64,000 bases of DNA from Methanothrix sp. (GTDB taxonomy: Archaea > Halobacteriota > Methanosarcinia > Methanotrichales > Methanotrichaceae): positions 864,001 to 928,000 of the forward strand of contig OY821645.1 of assembly GCA_963682135.1 (NCBI GenBank), read 5' to 3'. A program made the translations under genes and the position numbers. Shown piece after piece: positions 39,148 to 49,977 of this stretch. The notes below the pieces were generated by a model. It was given only the letters and a program-made list of their open reading frames with translations. It was not told the DNA's origin and searched no databases. The first letter of the stretch is position 1, and the number at the start of each line of letters is the position of its first letter.

Positions 39148-39207
39148 ATCGCTTGACAGTGTTGGGAGAAAGAAAAAATGCAGGAAATTCGATTGAAGCG
39201 TTGAAGC

Positions 39208-40056
39208 ATGGTGATCTCAGGAACTCTCCTCTCTTATGTTTTGATGCTGCTGGCCACAGGTGTAGCAGTCGGTTTTTCCTGCGGCTTATTGGGTATCGGG
39301 GGCGGCTTTCTCATGGTGCCCGTGCAGATATGGGTGCTGACCTCCACGGGAATCGATCCCACCCTGGCCACCAGAATTGCTTTCGGAACCTCTCTGGCTG
39401 TGGTTCTGCCCACGGCTCTCTCCGGATGCCATGGTCATAACTGCCGGGGCGTGGTTCTCTGGCGACCGGGGATCATCATGGGCCTTTGTGGCCTTTTAGG
39501 GGCCTTTTTGGGTGGGAGCATTGCTGCTCACGCACCCGGAGATCTGCTCAGAATGCTCTTCGGATTCGTGGTGATGCTGGGGTCGATGAGGATGCTCTTT
39601 GCCAGGAGTCTGCTGCTCGGGCAGAGGGCGTTGCCAAAAGAGACAAGAGAAAGTCTCTTGCAGTATGTTCTTTGGGGACTGGTGGTAGGAGCTATATCCG
39701 GTCTGACCGGGATAGGCGGCGGTGTGATCCTGGTGCCGGCCATGGTTATCGCCATGGGCTTTGGCATGTATCAGGCCATCGGCACCTCGTCGGTAACAAT
39801 CGCATTCAATGCCGTGGGTGGGATCATCGCCTATGCCATTAACGGATGGGGCGTGCCCGGGCTTCCTGCGTACTGTTTAGGCTATATCGATCTGCTGCAA
39901 TTTGCACTGCTGGCGGGTGCAAGCATATTCACAGCTTCATGGGGAGTAAAGGTGGCCCACAGGCTGCCGGCGGAGAAGCTGAGGTACATCTTTGTTATGC
40001 TGATGATCTATATCGGACTGAATATGATTGGGGTCTTGGGGTGGGTTGGTCTGTGA
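39208..40056 (+). CDS. TauE/SafE-family membrane protein
   Basis: Two GIGGG..VP repeats; GTS motifs. Confidence 0.88.
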   Translation: MVISGTLLSYVLMLLATGVAVGFSCGLLGIGGGFLMVPVQIWVLTSTGIDPTLATRIAFGTSLAVVLPTALSGCHGHNCRGVVLWRPGIIMGLCGLLGAFLGGSIAAHAPGDLLRMLFGFVVMLGSMRMLFARSLLLGQRALPKETRESLLQYVLWGLVVGAISGLTGIGGGVILVPAMVIAMGFGMYQAIGTSSVTIAFNAVGGIIAYAINGWGVPGLPAYCLGYIDLLQFALLAGASIFTASWGVKVAHRLPAEKLRYIFVMLMIYIGLNMIGVLGWVGL

Positions 40057-40075
40057 ACTAAACAAAAATATTACA

Positions 40076-42676
40076 TCATTTCTGCAAAGTGCTCCTCATC
40101 TCTCTCTGCTGCATTGAACACTCTGCAAGAACGCGGGCAAGATCCCCCAGCCGCACAGGTTTGCTGATGTAGTCGTCCATGCCGGCATCGATGCATCTTT
40201 TACGGTCTCCATCTAAAGCGTGCGCTGTGACGGCGATTATATGAGGCAATCCATTTTTCCAGTGTTTGCGAATAGCCTTTGCCGCTTCAAATCCGTCCAT
40301 CTCCGGCATTTGCAGATCCATGAGAACCACGTCGTAGTCCTGGCGCACCAAAGCCTGCAAGACCTCCCTGCCATTGACTGCCACATCTGCTCTGAGCCCC
40401 AGCTTCTTGAGCATGAGCAGGGCAACCTTCTGATTCACCAGATTATCTTCTGCTAACAAGAGCTTCAAATGATCCGGAATATCATACGACAAACCCAACT
40501 CGAGAGGCTTATCTTGCATCTGCAAACATTGCTCAGGCGTTGCCGCATCGGCTATAATTGTGAAGCTGAATGTGCTTCCCTTGCCAACTTCGCTTTTCAC
40601 CCAAATGGTCCCACCCATAAGCTGCACCAGTTTTTTGCTGATGGCCAGACCTAAACCCGTTCCGCCGTACTTGCGGGTGGTCGACATATCCACCTGGCTA
40701 AAGGACTGGAAGAGGCTATGCATGCGATCCAGAGGAATGCCGATCCCCGTATCACTAACCGAGAAGAACAGCTTGGTCCGTCCATTCTCCATGCTTTCGC
40801 TCGATACATGCACAGATACCTCACCACGATCTGTAAACTTGATCGCATTGCCGAGGAGGTTTATTAAGACCTGGGAAATGCTGGTGACGTCTCCATGCAG
40901 CCTCTTGGGAATATTGGCATCAATATGATGATAAAAGTGGATGTACTTCTCTGCGGCGATGGGCGTGAGCAAATCCATTGCCTCTTCAATACATTTGCTC
41001 AGTTCGAAGGGCTGCTTTTCCATCTCTCTCTTGCCTTCTTCGATCTTAGTGAAGTCCAGGATATTATTGATAACGGACATAAGGACATCACCACTGCAAC
41101 GCACAGTCTCCAAATAGTCTCTTTGATCCGGCTCCAGGGGGGTATCAAGAAGTATTCCCGTCATACCTATGATGGCATTGAGGGGAGTTCTGATCTCATG
41201 ACTCATGTTAGCTAAGAACTCGGATTTGGCGCAAGCCGCGGCTTCCGCTTCATCTTTAGCTATGCGAAGAGCCTCCTGCGCCTTTTTACTCTCCGTAATA
41301 TTGCGTACGGATTCGATGGCGCCGGTGATATTGCCATCCGAATCGTAAAGCACGGTCGCACTCCCCTGCAAAAAAACCCCACAACCTCTCATATTGGGCA
41401 GGAAGGCTTCCCGATATAAACTGCCATCTTCCTGTCTCACCAGGTTTTCGTAAAGACTATCGATGGTCCAATCCTTTTTGCCCCACTCGTCATATTTATC
41501 CAGTGATGCCTTATTATATTCAATCACGAGATCGGCCAGCATCGGTCGACGTTTGCCGTAAAAAGGAAGTGCATGCTCATGGTCGCCCTTTCCCAGCATC
41601 TCTCTGGCTGTAATTCCAGTCATAATCTCAATTGCCCGATTCCAGGCTATGACCGTGCCCTGCCTGTCAATAACAAAAGTGGGGTCCGGCAGGAAATTAA
41701 TGATATCCGCCAGACGGTTCTCGGAGTCTTTTTGCGCATCTTCAGCATCTTTTCGCGCAGTTATATCTCTTATGGATTCAATAGCTCCAATCAATTCTCC
41801 CTCGTCATCACGAAGAGGAGATGCCGTAGCCCAGATATAGGTTCTCTGGCCGCCCAATAAAAAAGGTGCGGCGGTTTCCGCAAATAGCGTATCACCTTTT
41901 CTTTCCACATAACGGTATTGAGACCTTATATCTGGATTTTCGTCATAGATCAAGTCGACCAGAATCGGCCGTCGCTCTCCATAGAAAGGAACTGCGTATG
42001 CATAGTCGCCTTTTCCGATTATTTCCTGTTTTTTGACGCCGGTAATCTCTTCTATGGCCCGGTTCCAGGCAATTACTTTGCGATTCTTGTCAATGACGAA
42101 GGTGGCATCAGGCAGAAAGTCAATTATGTCCATAAGCTGGCGGCGGGTGAGATTCGCCACCTCGTCAGGGCCATAGCCCATCTTTACTTCCTCGCAAATG
42201 AGCTGATTTGCTCCATTTTCCTGCTGGACGGCTGCAAATCTTATGGTCTTTTTCGTCCCATCCTTGCAGGTTACCGTAAACGTCCGGCACCTTTTTACAC
42301 CGGCTCCAATTTCATTCATGTCATTGATCCAGGTAGCTATGGCGAACCTTCGATAATCCGAGTCAGGATAGGCTCTCTTAAACCATTCTTTTCCGCAAGA
42401 AACCTCCTGCGGACCATAGCCGAAAATATCGATAAATTTTGGGTTTATGCTGCTAAAGGTTCCATCTTTTTCAATAATGGCAATGGCCAATGGAGCATTC
42501 TCAATAATGCTGGCGATGTTGCGACTGCGATCTTCCAGCTCTTCCAGGCCGACTCGAAGGCGCTCCATCATTTCTGAAACGGTCTGACAGGTCGGGCAGG
42601 TTGTTGCGATCTTGCCGATCAACTCATCCAACGTGATGCTGACATCATTTATTTTATCGCTAAAGTAGCTGCCCAT
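40076..42676 (-). CDS. cytoplasmic hybrid histidine kinase (3 PAS, HisKA, HATPase, REC)
   Basis: [37 protein letters not shown]. Confidence 0.93.
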   Translation of the reverse strand: MGSYFSDKINDVSITLDELIGKIATTCPTCQTVSEMMERLRVGLEELEDRSRNIASIIENAPLAIAIIEKDGTFSSINPKFIDIFGYGPQEVSCGKEWFKRAYPDSDYRRFAIATWINDMNEIGAGVKRCRTFTVTCKDGTKKTIRFAAVQQENGANQLICEEVKMGYGPDEVANLTRRQLMDIIDFLPDATFVIDKNRKVIAWNRAIEEITGVKKQEIIGKGDYAYAVPFYGERRPILVDLIYDENPDIRSQYRYVERKGDTLFAETAAPFLLGGQRTYIWATASPLRDDEGELIGAIESIRDITARKDAEDAQKDSENRLADIINFLPDPTFVIDRQGTVIAWNRAIEIMTGITAREMLGKGDHEHALPFYGKRRPMLADLVIEYNKASLDKYDEWGKKDWTIDSLYENLVRQEDGSLYREAFLPNMRGCGVFLQGSATVLYDSDGNITGAIESVRNITESKKAQEALRIAKDEAEAAACAKSEFLANMSHEIRTPLNAIIGMTGILLDTPLEPDQRDYLETVRCSGDVLMSVINNILDFTKIEEGKREMEKQPFELSKCIEEAMDLLTPIAAEKYIHFYHHIDANIPKRLHGDVTSISQVLINLLGNAIKFTDRGEVSVHVSSESMENGRTKLFFSVSDTGIGIPLDRMHSLFQSFSQVDMSTTRKYGGTGLGLAISKKLVQLMGGTIWVKSEVGKGSTFSFTIIADAATPEQCLQMQDKPLELGLSYDIPDHLKLLLAEDNLVNQKVALLMLKKLGLRADVAVNGREVLQALVRQDYDVVLMDLQMPEMDGFEAAKAIRKHWKNGLPHIIAVTAHALDGDRKRCIDAGMDDYISKPVRLGDLARVLAECSMQQREMRSTLQK

Positions 42677-42723
42677 AACTAAGACACCAAATTAAGGAAG
42701 AGCATTAACATTCATATTAATAT

Positions 42724-43011
42724 TCATTTCGATTGGCCTAATTTGGACTCAATCGTGATATCCTTATCCAGGCGATAATCGATATGAATAGTGGTTATTA
42801 TTCTCTGCACACCCATATCAGCCAGCTTTTTGTTTGCTTCTTCGATCACCTCAAAAAGCCGCCCAAAGCTGCTCGCCTCAACGGCTGTAGACATCGGTCC
42901 GGCTACGAATTTGATGCCGGACTGATTCAAGAGTTCATGAACCGTCCGCACATATTGAGAGGCGCTGGTCCCAGTGCCCATGGGAATGGTAGAGAAATCC
43001 GCTACGATCAT
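42724..43011 (-). CDS. MTH1187/thiamine-binding family protein
   Basis: ADFSTIPMG..S.SQYV..GPMSTAVE..IDYR.DK. Confidence 0.85.
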   Translation of the reverse strand: MIVADFSTIPMGTGTSASQYVRTVHELLNQSGIKFVAGPMSTAVEASSFGRLFEVIEEANKKLADMGVQRIITTIHIDYRLDKDITIESKLGQSK

Positions 43012-43105
43012 AATAGCACATAAATCTGCAGATATAGAAAAGTTTTGAAGATCCGGCCAAAAGGGCATCGCTTCGGCCCGGTTTACATGATCCAAACCGG
43101 AGAGC

Positions 43106-43762
43106 CTAAGCAGACGGCAAAAGAGCGAGAAGCTTCTTCGCCGATACAACCGGATCTTCTGCTTCATAGACCGATCTGCCCACAATCAGATAATTTGCGC
43201 CCGCCTGCACAGCTGCACCGGCAGAGCCACCCTGGGCACCCACGCCGGGCGAGATGATGATACGCTCTCCGATGATGGAACGGATTTGCTTAATTCTATC
43301 CGGGCGCGTGGCAGGAGCCACCACTCCGGCTGCGTTCACCTCTACAGCCAGCCGGGCCATCTTCTCGGCCAGAGGTGCCATAAACAGCTCTGCACCGGGA
43401 TGGCTCATCTCTGTGACCACAAAGAGATCGGCATCATGCTCTGCGGCGCTCTTAGCACAGGCCTGCAAAGAGTCCTTTCCCGGGAAGGCCTGAGCGATGA
43501 TTCCGCACGCTCCAGCATCGAGAACCGCCTGACAGATGAGGCGGTTGGTGTTGGGAATGTCAGCCACCTTCAGATCGGCAATTACAGGTGCAAGAGCACT
43601 GATCTCGGTTATGATTCCCAGGCCGGACGAGAGGATAAGCGGATAGCCGATCTTGATGGCGTCGAAGTGATCTTTGAGTTGCACGGCTAAGGAGAGAGCC
43701 CGTTCTCGCATTGTGACATCCAATGCCAAAATCAGCCTTGTTTCACTCTTCATGTGCATCAT
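43106..43762 (-). CDS. pyrF: orotidine-5'-phosphate decarboxylase
   Basis: LILALD, DLKVADIPNT, SPGVGAQGG, IVGRS. Confidence 0.95.
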   Translation of the reverse strand: MMHMKSETRLILALDVTMRERALSLAVQLKDHFDAIKIGYPLILSSGLGIITEISALAPVIADLKVADIPNTNRLICQAVLDAGACGIIAQAFPGKDSLQACAKSAAEHDADLFVVTEMSHPGAELFMAPLAEKMARLAVEVNAAGVVAPATRPDRIKQIRSIIGERIIISPGVGAQGGSAGAAVQAGANYLIVGRSVYEAEDPVVSAKKLLALLPSA

Positions 43763-43778
43763 ACCGCCTTCGTCTTCC

Positions 43779-44417
43779 CTAAATGAAGCCGTCGATCAGT
43801 ACCATTGCCTCTCGCAGATCGCCCACTACCTCGCGACCGGAGCGCTCTCCCTTGCGGTCTAAGAAGAGGGCATCCAGACCTGCCTCCAGGGGAGACTCAT
43901 AATCGTAATTGTAATGATCGCCGATATGCAGAACCTCGAAGGGCTTCACGCCCATGTGAGCGCAGACTGTGCCGTAGATCAGAGGCGATTTCTTTACCTC
44001 CCGGAAATCAGAGGTGGCGGAAAAGATCTCTCTAAAGTAGTCCGACAGGCCCTCCAGCTCAAAGTCGATGAACTCGCGAGCAGCGTTGGATGTCACTACC
44101 AGATCGTAGCTTTCACTGAGCTGATCCAGCACCTCCTGCACCTCAGGATAGGTCTCAATCTCGTCCTCGTACATCTGCAATAGCTCTTCCTTGCCCACCT
44201 TCAGCCCAAACTTATCGATCCAGTAGAGCAGGTCGTACCACTCCAAATGGTCGCTTCCTATCTTCATGTACTCGCCGACAACGTATTCCTTGGCAGAGAG
44301 AAAGTCCAGGCCGGTCTTTTCAGCATAAAGCATGGGCATGCCTTCCATCCAAACCTTGTCCACGAACCTGGAGTTAACCAGGGTGCCGTCCATGTCCAGG
44401 GATATGACGCGAATCAT
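43779..44417 (-). CDS. HAD-superfamily hydrolase
   Basis: DMDGTL, TSN, K, HIGD...D. Confidence 0.88.
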   Translation of the reverse strand: MIRVISLDMDGTLVNSRFVDKVWMEGMPMLYAEKTGLDFLSAKEYVVGEYMKIGSDHLEWYDLLYWIDKFGLKVGKEELLQMYEDEIETYPEVQEVLDQLSESYDLVVTSNAAREFIDFELEGLSDYFREIFSATSDFREVKKSPLIYGTVCAHMGVKPFEVLHIGDHYNYDYESPLEAGLDALFLDRKGERSGREVVGDLREAMVLIDGFI

Positions 44418-44565
44418 CTAATTCTCCGATATGAATAGAAATGAATCGCTGTATAGGTAATTATTCTTTTTGGGTCGAACGGGTCAAACGCTGGAGGTCG
44501 AATGCAGGGATTTGCTTTTGATGCAGTCCGAAAGATGCTTGTATCTCCTTCTCGTCTTTAGAGCC

Positions 44566-45171
44566 ATGCGCAATTTCATCGTTGTCGGTCACAAGGCCAC
44601 TACCACTCCCAATTTCTCCCTGGAAGACATCCCCGGCACCTCCGGACGCCTGGACATTCTCTGCCGGGCCGTCACTGCCTCCTTTGTCATCTCGCACGGC
44701 ATTCGAAAGGATGTCTGCGTCTACCTGATCCTGCTGGGCGGGGAGATTCCCAAGACGATTCAGCTTCGGGGCGAGACGCTGCGCCACCTCAACCCGGATG
44801 AGCGCACCACTGCAGCTCTGCTCAAGAAAGCTCTGGCGCTGCCCGCAGCAGCGGAGTGGCACATGTCTACCTCCGGCATCTTTGTGCGCACGGGCAGCCT
44901 CGCAGAGCTGCTGGCCGATCTGAAAGAAACAAAATTGGTCTACCTGCGCGAGGATGGTGCGGATATTCGCGGCCTTGAGGCAAGCGGCCTTTCCGGCGAG
45001 ACGGCCTTCATCCTGGGGGACCACACCGGCATGACTCCCGAAGAGGAGGCTCTGCTCGAGCAGGCCGGGGCAAAGGTCGTCTCCCTGGGGCCGACCAGCC
45101 TACATGCCGACCACTGCATTGTGCTCTTAAACTGGCTTTCCGATACTAACCTTTCTATACCTAGATGTTGA
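44566..45171 (+). CDS. trmY: tRNA (pseudouridine54-N1)-methyltransferase, C-terminus apparently supplied by the island
   Basis: SGRLDILCR, LNPDER, FILGDH.G, SLGP.SLHADHCI SPOUT motifs. Confidence 0.92.
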   Translation: MRNFIVVGHKATTTPNFSLEDIPGTSGRLDILCRAVTASFVISHGIRKDVCVYLILLGGEIPKTIQLRGETLRHLNPDERTTAALLKKALALPAAAEWHMSTSGIFVRTGSLAELLADLKETKLVYLREDGADIRGLEASGLSGETAFILGDHTGMTPEEEALLEQAGAKVVSLGPTSLHADHCIVLLNWLSDTNLSIPRC

Positions 45172-45180
45172 TTTTCATGT

Positions 45181-45675
45181 GTGCCACGCCCGAACGCAAG
45201 GGATCGCCAGTTCATGATGTATTTCCCATCCGAAGCTGATAGAGAGCGATGGAGAAAGAATGCCCGAAAATCAAAGATGCCCTTCACGGACTGGATCTAT
45301 TCCATGGTGGAGTCTAAGCTTGCAGACGAGGACGAAGGGGCCAGAACTGCACAAACAGTATCGACACTTGCCGAAAATAGACAGCTTCGTAGAGAGCTGC
45401 AAAAGAGCGAGGCTAGGATCAACGATCTGGATATGGAGATCTTCAAGCTGAGGGAGCAGAAATTCGCAGAGGATCAGGGGCGGGCACCAATCGATGAAAA
45501 ACTAGTCCAAGTGTTGCAAAAGAGTGGCATCTGGTCGAATGCCGCGATCTTAGAGGAGCTCGGCGTCGACCCTCATGACATTGAGGCAATTGAGTTGTTG
45601 AGCCGACAGCTCCAGCTATTGCAGGACATTAAATTGGTGCGTGAATCGGCTTGGGGTTGGCGATGGTTCGGCTAG
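45181..45675 (+). CDS. integrase-associated protein (RHH-like N-terminus, coiled coil, wHTH-like C-terminus)
   Basis: RQFMMYFPS..RERW...WIYSMVE; heptad segment; overlaps the integrase start. Confidence 0.65.
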   Translation: MPRPNARDRQFMMYFPSEADRERWRKNARKSKMPFTDWIYSMVESKLADEDEGARTAQTVSTLAENRQLRRELQKSEARINDLDMEIFKLREQKFAEDQGRAPIDEKLVQVLQKSGIWSNAAILEELGVDPHDIEAIELLSRQLQLLQDIKLVRESAWGWRWFG

Positions 45676-46112
45676 AAGAATTCCGGGCAGACCTAGAGTT
45701 CCAGGGTCGATCCAAGAGCTATATGGACACCGTCCTCTGGGAAACGCGTCGTTACCTGGCCTGGACGCAGGCGCCAGAAACCCGAGCATCCTTGCTCGCA
45801 TACCTGGCCGACATGCGAAAAAAGGGAATACGCCAAAGCACGATTGAACGGGCATTCTCTAATCTATCTGTGTATTTTGACTACTTGGTCGAGATTGGCG
45901 AGCTCCAGCAAAATCCTATCCAGCCTCTAAAAAAGCGCTACCTTTCAGCCTACAAGGATGAGGTTCAACAGCGCCAACTAATATCTGTAGAGGCTGCGGG
46001 AAAAATGGTTCGAGCTACGACTGATACTAGTATTACAGTTCTAAATTAACATATCAATACTCCGCCGTCCTTGTCAGCAACAATCCCGCCAGCCATTTTA
46101 TCCATTTTGTAC

Positions 46113-47253
46113 GAGGATTCCTATAAACCAGCCCAATTCTTAATATAGAAATGTTTATATACTATTAACACCATTATATGTTATGAATTCTTTTACCACT
46201 TGGGTATTGCGAGGGCTTAGCGAGACGCAAGGTAAATCTCGGTTATCGCAGATATCGGATTTGATCGACTGGTTACCCATTCGCCGGATACTGGATGAGA
46301 TGTATGACAATAAGAGCGAAAAGGGTGGAAGGCCCAACTGCGATGTAATTTTGATGTTCAAGATCCTGATACTCCAACAATGGTACGGCTTGAGCGATTT
46401 GGAAATTGAGCGACAAATGGCTGACCGCATCTCGTTTATGTCATTTCTTGGTTTCCCTGATATGTTCCCCGATTCTAGGACGATATGGCTATTTAGAGAG
46501 CGCATGGCCAATGCTGGAAAAGATGAAGTTGTCTGGGCAGAACTTCAGAGGCAATTGGATGCTATGGGTTTACAGGTCAAACATGGAACGATCCAAGATG
46601 CCACGTTCATTGAAGCAGATCCCGGAAAGTTCAAGAAACCACGTGGAAAAGATGCTAAGACCCGCCGCAGTAGGGATGGGACAATAGCCAAGAAGGGCAA
46701 TGAATTCCATTTTGGCTACAAACTGCATCAAAAAACCGATATTGATTATTGCCTGATTCGTGAAATCGAGACTTCCACGGCTTCGTTGCATGATAGTCAG
46801 GTTGATCTCTCAATTGAGGATGAAGTGGTGTTAAGAGACAGGGGGTATTTTGGGGCAAAGGCCAGGGGAATAGATTTTACAATGAAGCGCAGGACAACCG
46901 ATAAGCCACTGGAGGAACTTGATAAGGAGCGAAATCGATTGATCAGCAAGCTAAGATCCCCAGGTGAGCGCCCCCATGCAGTGATCAAGAGAATTTTTAA
47001 CTCGGGCTGGGTGTTGGTTACAACGATAAAGAGGGTTCATATAAAAATGATGGCTACCGCCTTTGCTTTCAATTTATATCAGCTCTGCACTCTGAAAAAA
47101 GCCGGAATCATTTGAGCCTAGCGGACGCTGTCGAAGAATGATCAGAAAAGGGGGCTGACGAATGAAGTATTTAGCGAAATTGCCTCCTCGTGAAGCGAAT
47201 TATGCATGAATTTCTGAAAACAATCTCTTAAACCGAAGTAAATAGGAATCCTC
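46113..47253 (+). mobile_element. IS5-family element, 1141 bp
   Basis: TIR GAGGATTCCTAT at both ends; GTAC TSD at 46109-46112 and 47254-47257. Confidence 0.92.
46183..47115 (+). CDS. IS5-family transposase
   Basis: GGRP, LQQWYGLSD; DDE QDATF / RDRGY / RSPGER. Confidence 0.93.
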   Translation: MNSFTTWVLRGLSETQGKSRLSQISDLIDWLPIRRILDEMYDNKSEKGGRPNCDVILMFKILILQQWYGLSDLEIERQMADRISFMSFLGFPDMFPDSRTIWLFRERMANAGKDEVVWAELQRQLDAMGLQVKHGTIQDATFIEADPGKFKKPRGKDAKTRRSRDGTIAKKGNEFHFGYKLHQKTDIDYCLIREIETSTASLHDSQVDLSIEDEVVLRDRGYFGAKARGIDFTMKRRTTDKPLEELDKERNRLISKLRSPGERPHAVIKRIFNSGWVLVTTIKRVHIKMMATAFAFNLYQLCTLKKAGII

Positions 47254-48369
47254 GTACTTCCATTTAAATATTGTTGGAGTTTCATTCATGTCGTCTATAT
47301 ATTGACTCATGCGATCTTTCAACTCTTTTTTGGATGATACACGAATCCCTCTCAGCATGCTTCGAGTCATTTTGCTGAATAGGCTCTCGATTATGTTTAG
47401 CCATGAGGCATGTTTTGGTGTAAAGACAAAATGAAAGCGTTGCGGAACTGTTTTGAGATATCTCCTGGTTTCCTTAGATGTGTGTACGCGAACATTATCA
47501 AGAATAATAATTATTTTTATATCTTTCAGATAGGCTGAATCGACGCATTTTAAGAATTCAATGAACTCCCTACTTCTATGCCTGTCGAATATCTTATAAT
47601 GGACAGTCCCGGTTAAGAGATCAATCCCTGCAAGTAGGGATATTGTTCCGTGCCTTATATATTCATAGTCGCGAGAAAGCGTGGCATATTCACCTGACTC
47701 AGGCATTAAATCGGGATATTTATTTTCAATAGCTTGAATTCCTGGCTTCTCATCGTATGAAATGATAACCATGTCGAGCGGCTTATTTTCTTTGGACATC
47801 TGTTGAAGCAATTCTACCTGCTTGTAGGTATGTAGTACAACCACGCTCTTCGGCTCAAATTCCGGATCGATTGGAGCAAGGTATGATGAAATTTTATGAG
47901 GCTTTACGTTGCTAGCGCCAAGTATTTTTGAGACGGTTCCGCGAGATAACTTTGATAATTCTGGAAACCCATTATTTAAACAATGGTTCCGAATATGTTC
48001 TGCTAATAAACTTTGTGTCCATAATTCATATGAATATCCAAGGTCTAGTGGTTTTGAGCAAGCAAGAGACAGAATCCATGTTCTTGCGCCTGAGGATATT
48101 TTTCGTGGTCTGCCACTTCTTGGAAGATCTTCCAATGCTGCATATATTCCATAGGCGAAGGCTTTGTCAATCGTACGCTCAATTTTAGGCCGATTGGTTT
48201 CTAAGTCTCGTGCAATTTGCGAAATTGATTTGCCCTCATAATACTCAAGAAGGATTTTGGAATGATCTACTGCTCTTTCAGGGAGCGTTCTTGACTTGCT
48301 AGCTTTATTAAGGCACTCAAGCTCTTCTTCAGTTAATTGCAGAGCAGGCCGCTTACTCACAAATGGCAT
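47200..48369 (-). pseudogene. IS630 transposase with native C-terminus displaced by IS5
   Basis: DDE YDEKPG / LDN..H / IESLFS; native tail YKMDKMAGGIVADKDGGVLIC* lies at 46046-46111. Confidence 0.88.
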
Positions 48370-49177
48370 GATCTCTGATTGAGTTCCAAGTATTAATATA
48401 TTGCTATGTTATTTTGGAAGCTAAACACTAGAGACAGGGCTGTGCTCACGATCCTGCTGAAGACCGGAATCAGGCGAGGAGAGCTTTTAGCCTTGGACGT
48501 AGCTGATGCGGACCTGCCCGCTCGACAGATCCAACTGAAGCCCGCGGCGAAAAGGACCAACAGAACAGTGTTTTTAGATGAAGAGGCCGCCCGATCCATC
48601 AAACGATGGCTTGCTGCAAGAGAGACGCGCTATCGGAAGCCCAAGGAGCAAGCCTTATTCGTGAGCAATAAAGGCACGAGGCTGGAGAGATCGGCAATTG
48701 ATGCTATGGTACGACGAGCGGGAGAGAGAGCCGGTCTGCATGACTGTGTTTCGGCGAAGCTGGAAGACAAGTTCACGCCCCATTGTTGCAGGCATTGGTT
48801 CACTACCCATCTCCTCCGAGCAGGCATGGAGCGGTCATATGTTCAATGGTTGAGAGGAGATTCAATAAGAGAAGCTGTAGACATCTATTATCATATCAAT
48901 CCAGAGGATGTTCGCCGGCCCTACCTGACGCATATCCCTCAGCTCGGGATTTGAATTTGTGCGCTGTACCTCTGTCGGAGCTTGGCCGGATCCAGCCAGC
49001 GTGACACTACGGATAGGAGGGCTGGCTTTCGGGGAAATTGTTTTTGTCATATGCGCCTTCTGTATCATTAGAATGATGTGACACTAGCCAGAAGCACCTC
49101 GGAACGACCAGGATATGTAGGTGAATATGGGGCTTATACTCCGTTGGCACATTATTATCAAGATAATATACTGTCAA

Positions 49178-49534
49178 TTATCCATTAAAATGATCTTTGC
49201 TTGTCTCCGATGCAAAGTCCTCAAAGTTCTTTTGGTAGGCAATGCCAATAGGGGTCGATCTATACCCGTTCTCAATCTTTTCTATTACAACAGCCCTTTC
49301 TAAAAGTCCGAGGTGAAGTTCGACTGCGGCTTCATTCAATCCAAAGTTTCTCTCAATCTCTTCCTTAGACTTAATCCCTGAGCCAATATATTTCATGATT
49401 TTGCGCCTAATTGGCAACTGTAACACTTCACCTGCAAACCTGTGACCATTCGATGTCTCATACCACTTCTTATCTTCTCCAGGCGCAGATGGCTTAAAAA
49501 GATCCCATCCACTCTGGCCAGAATCGATATTCAT
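49178..49534 (-). CDS. ArsR-like winged-helix protein
   Basis: PIRRKIMKYI...ELHLGLLERAVVIE...Y.STP.G. Confidence 0.7.
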   Translation of the reverse strand: MNIDSGQSGWDLFKPSAPGEDKKWYETSNGHRFAGEVLQLPIRRKIMKYIGSGIKSKEEIERNFGLNEAAVELHLGLLERAVVIEKIENGYRSTPIGIAYQKNFEDFASETSKDHFNG

Positions 49535-49638
49535 AATAGCGGCAATTTCAAACTCATATAAATATGATTTGGTTCAAGATGGCTTTGCATGTAAAGTCGC
49601 TCTTGCGGCAAGACTTGCACCTGTCCGGATCTCACGGC

Positions 49639-49890
49639 CTGATGGACATACAGATGCCGGAGATGGATGGTTTTCAAGCCACCAGAGAAATTCGAAAGCG
49701 ATTGGCATCTCAAGATCGACCGAAGATTATCGCCATCACGGCCTATGCGCTCGAAGGTGATCAAGAAAGGTGTTTGGCAGCCGGAATGGATAATTATATT
49801 AGCAAACCTTTGAGGTTGGATAAATTGCGGTCTGTCCTCGAACCTTATGGAGCCTTAGCAGGGGAGCCGCCCCTTCAGAAGACCTCATAG
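49639..49890 (+). pseudogene. receiver-domain fragment of a hybrid kinase
   Basis: [29 protein letters not shown]; N-terminal half of REC missing. Confidence 0.75.
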
Positions 49891-49977
49891 GCCCTGCAAT
49901 TGGCGGCTCTTAGACACCAACGTATTTATGTAGGGATGAGGATTTATTTAGCCAAAGGAAATGGGGTGTTACTACAA

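Larger units (their letters stand above)
46030..48428 (-). mobile_element. IS630-family element (contains nested IS5)
   Basis: TA duplication at 46028-46029 and 48429-48430; imperfect TIRs GTATTACAGTTCTAAATTAACATATCAATA / GTGTTTAGCTTCCAAAATAACATAGCAATA. Confidence 0.88.
45663..48954 (+). pseudogene. tyrosine recombinase/integrase split by IS630
   Basis: 45663-46029 + 48431-48954 rejoin in frame (ATT-DTR-DRAVL, 296 aa); TGIRRGE, PHCCRH and DIYYH catalytic motifs. Confidence 0.9.

Noticed and set aside
45132-49030. CTGGCTTTC at 45132 and 49022 as attL/attR
   Set aside because: A 9-bp match is plausible by chance and does not restore a TrmY-like end or the pus10 linkage
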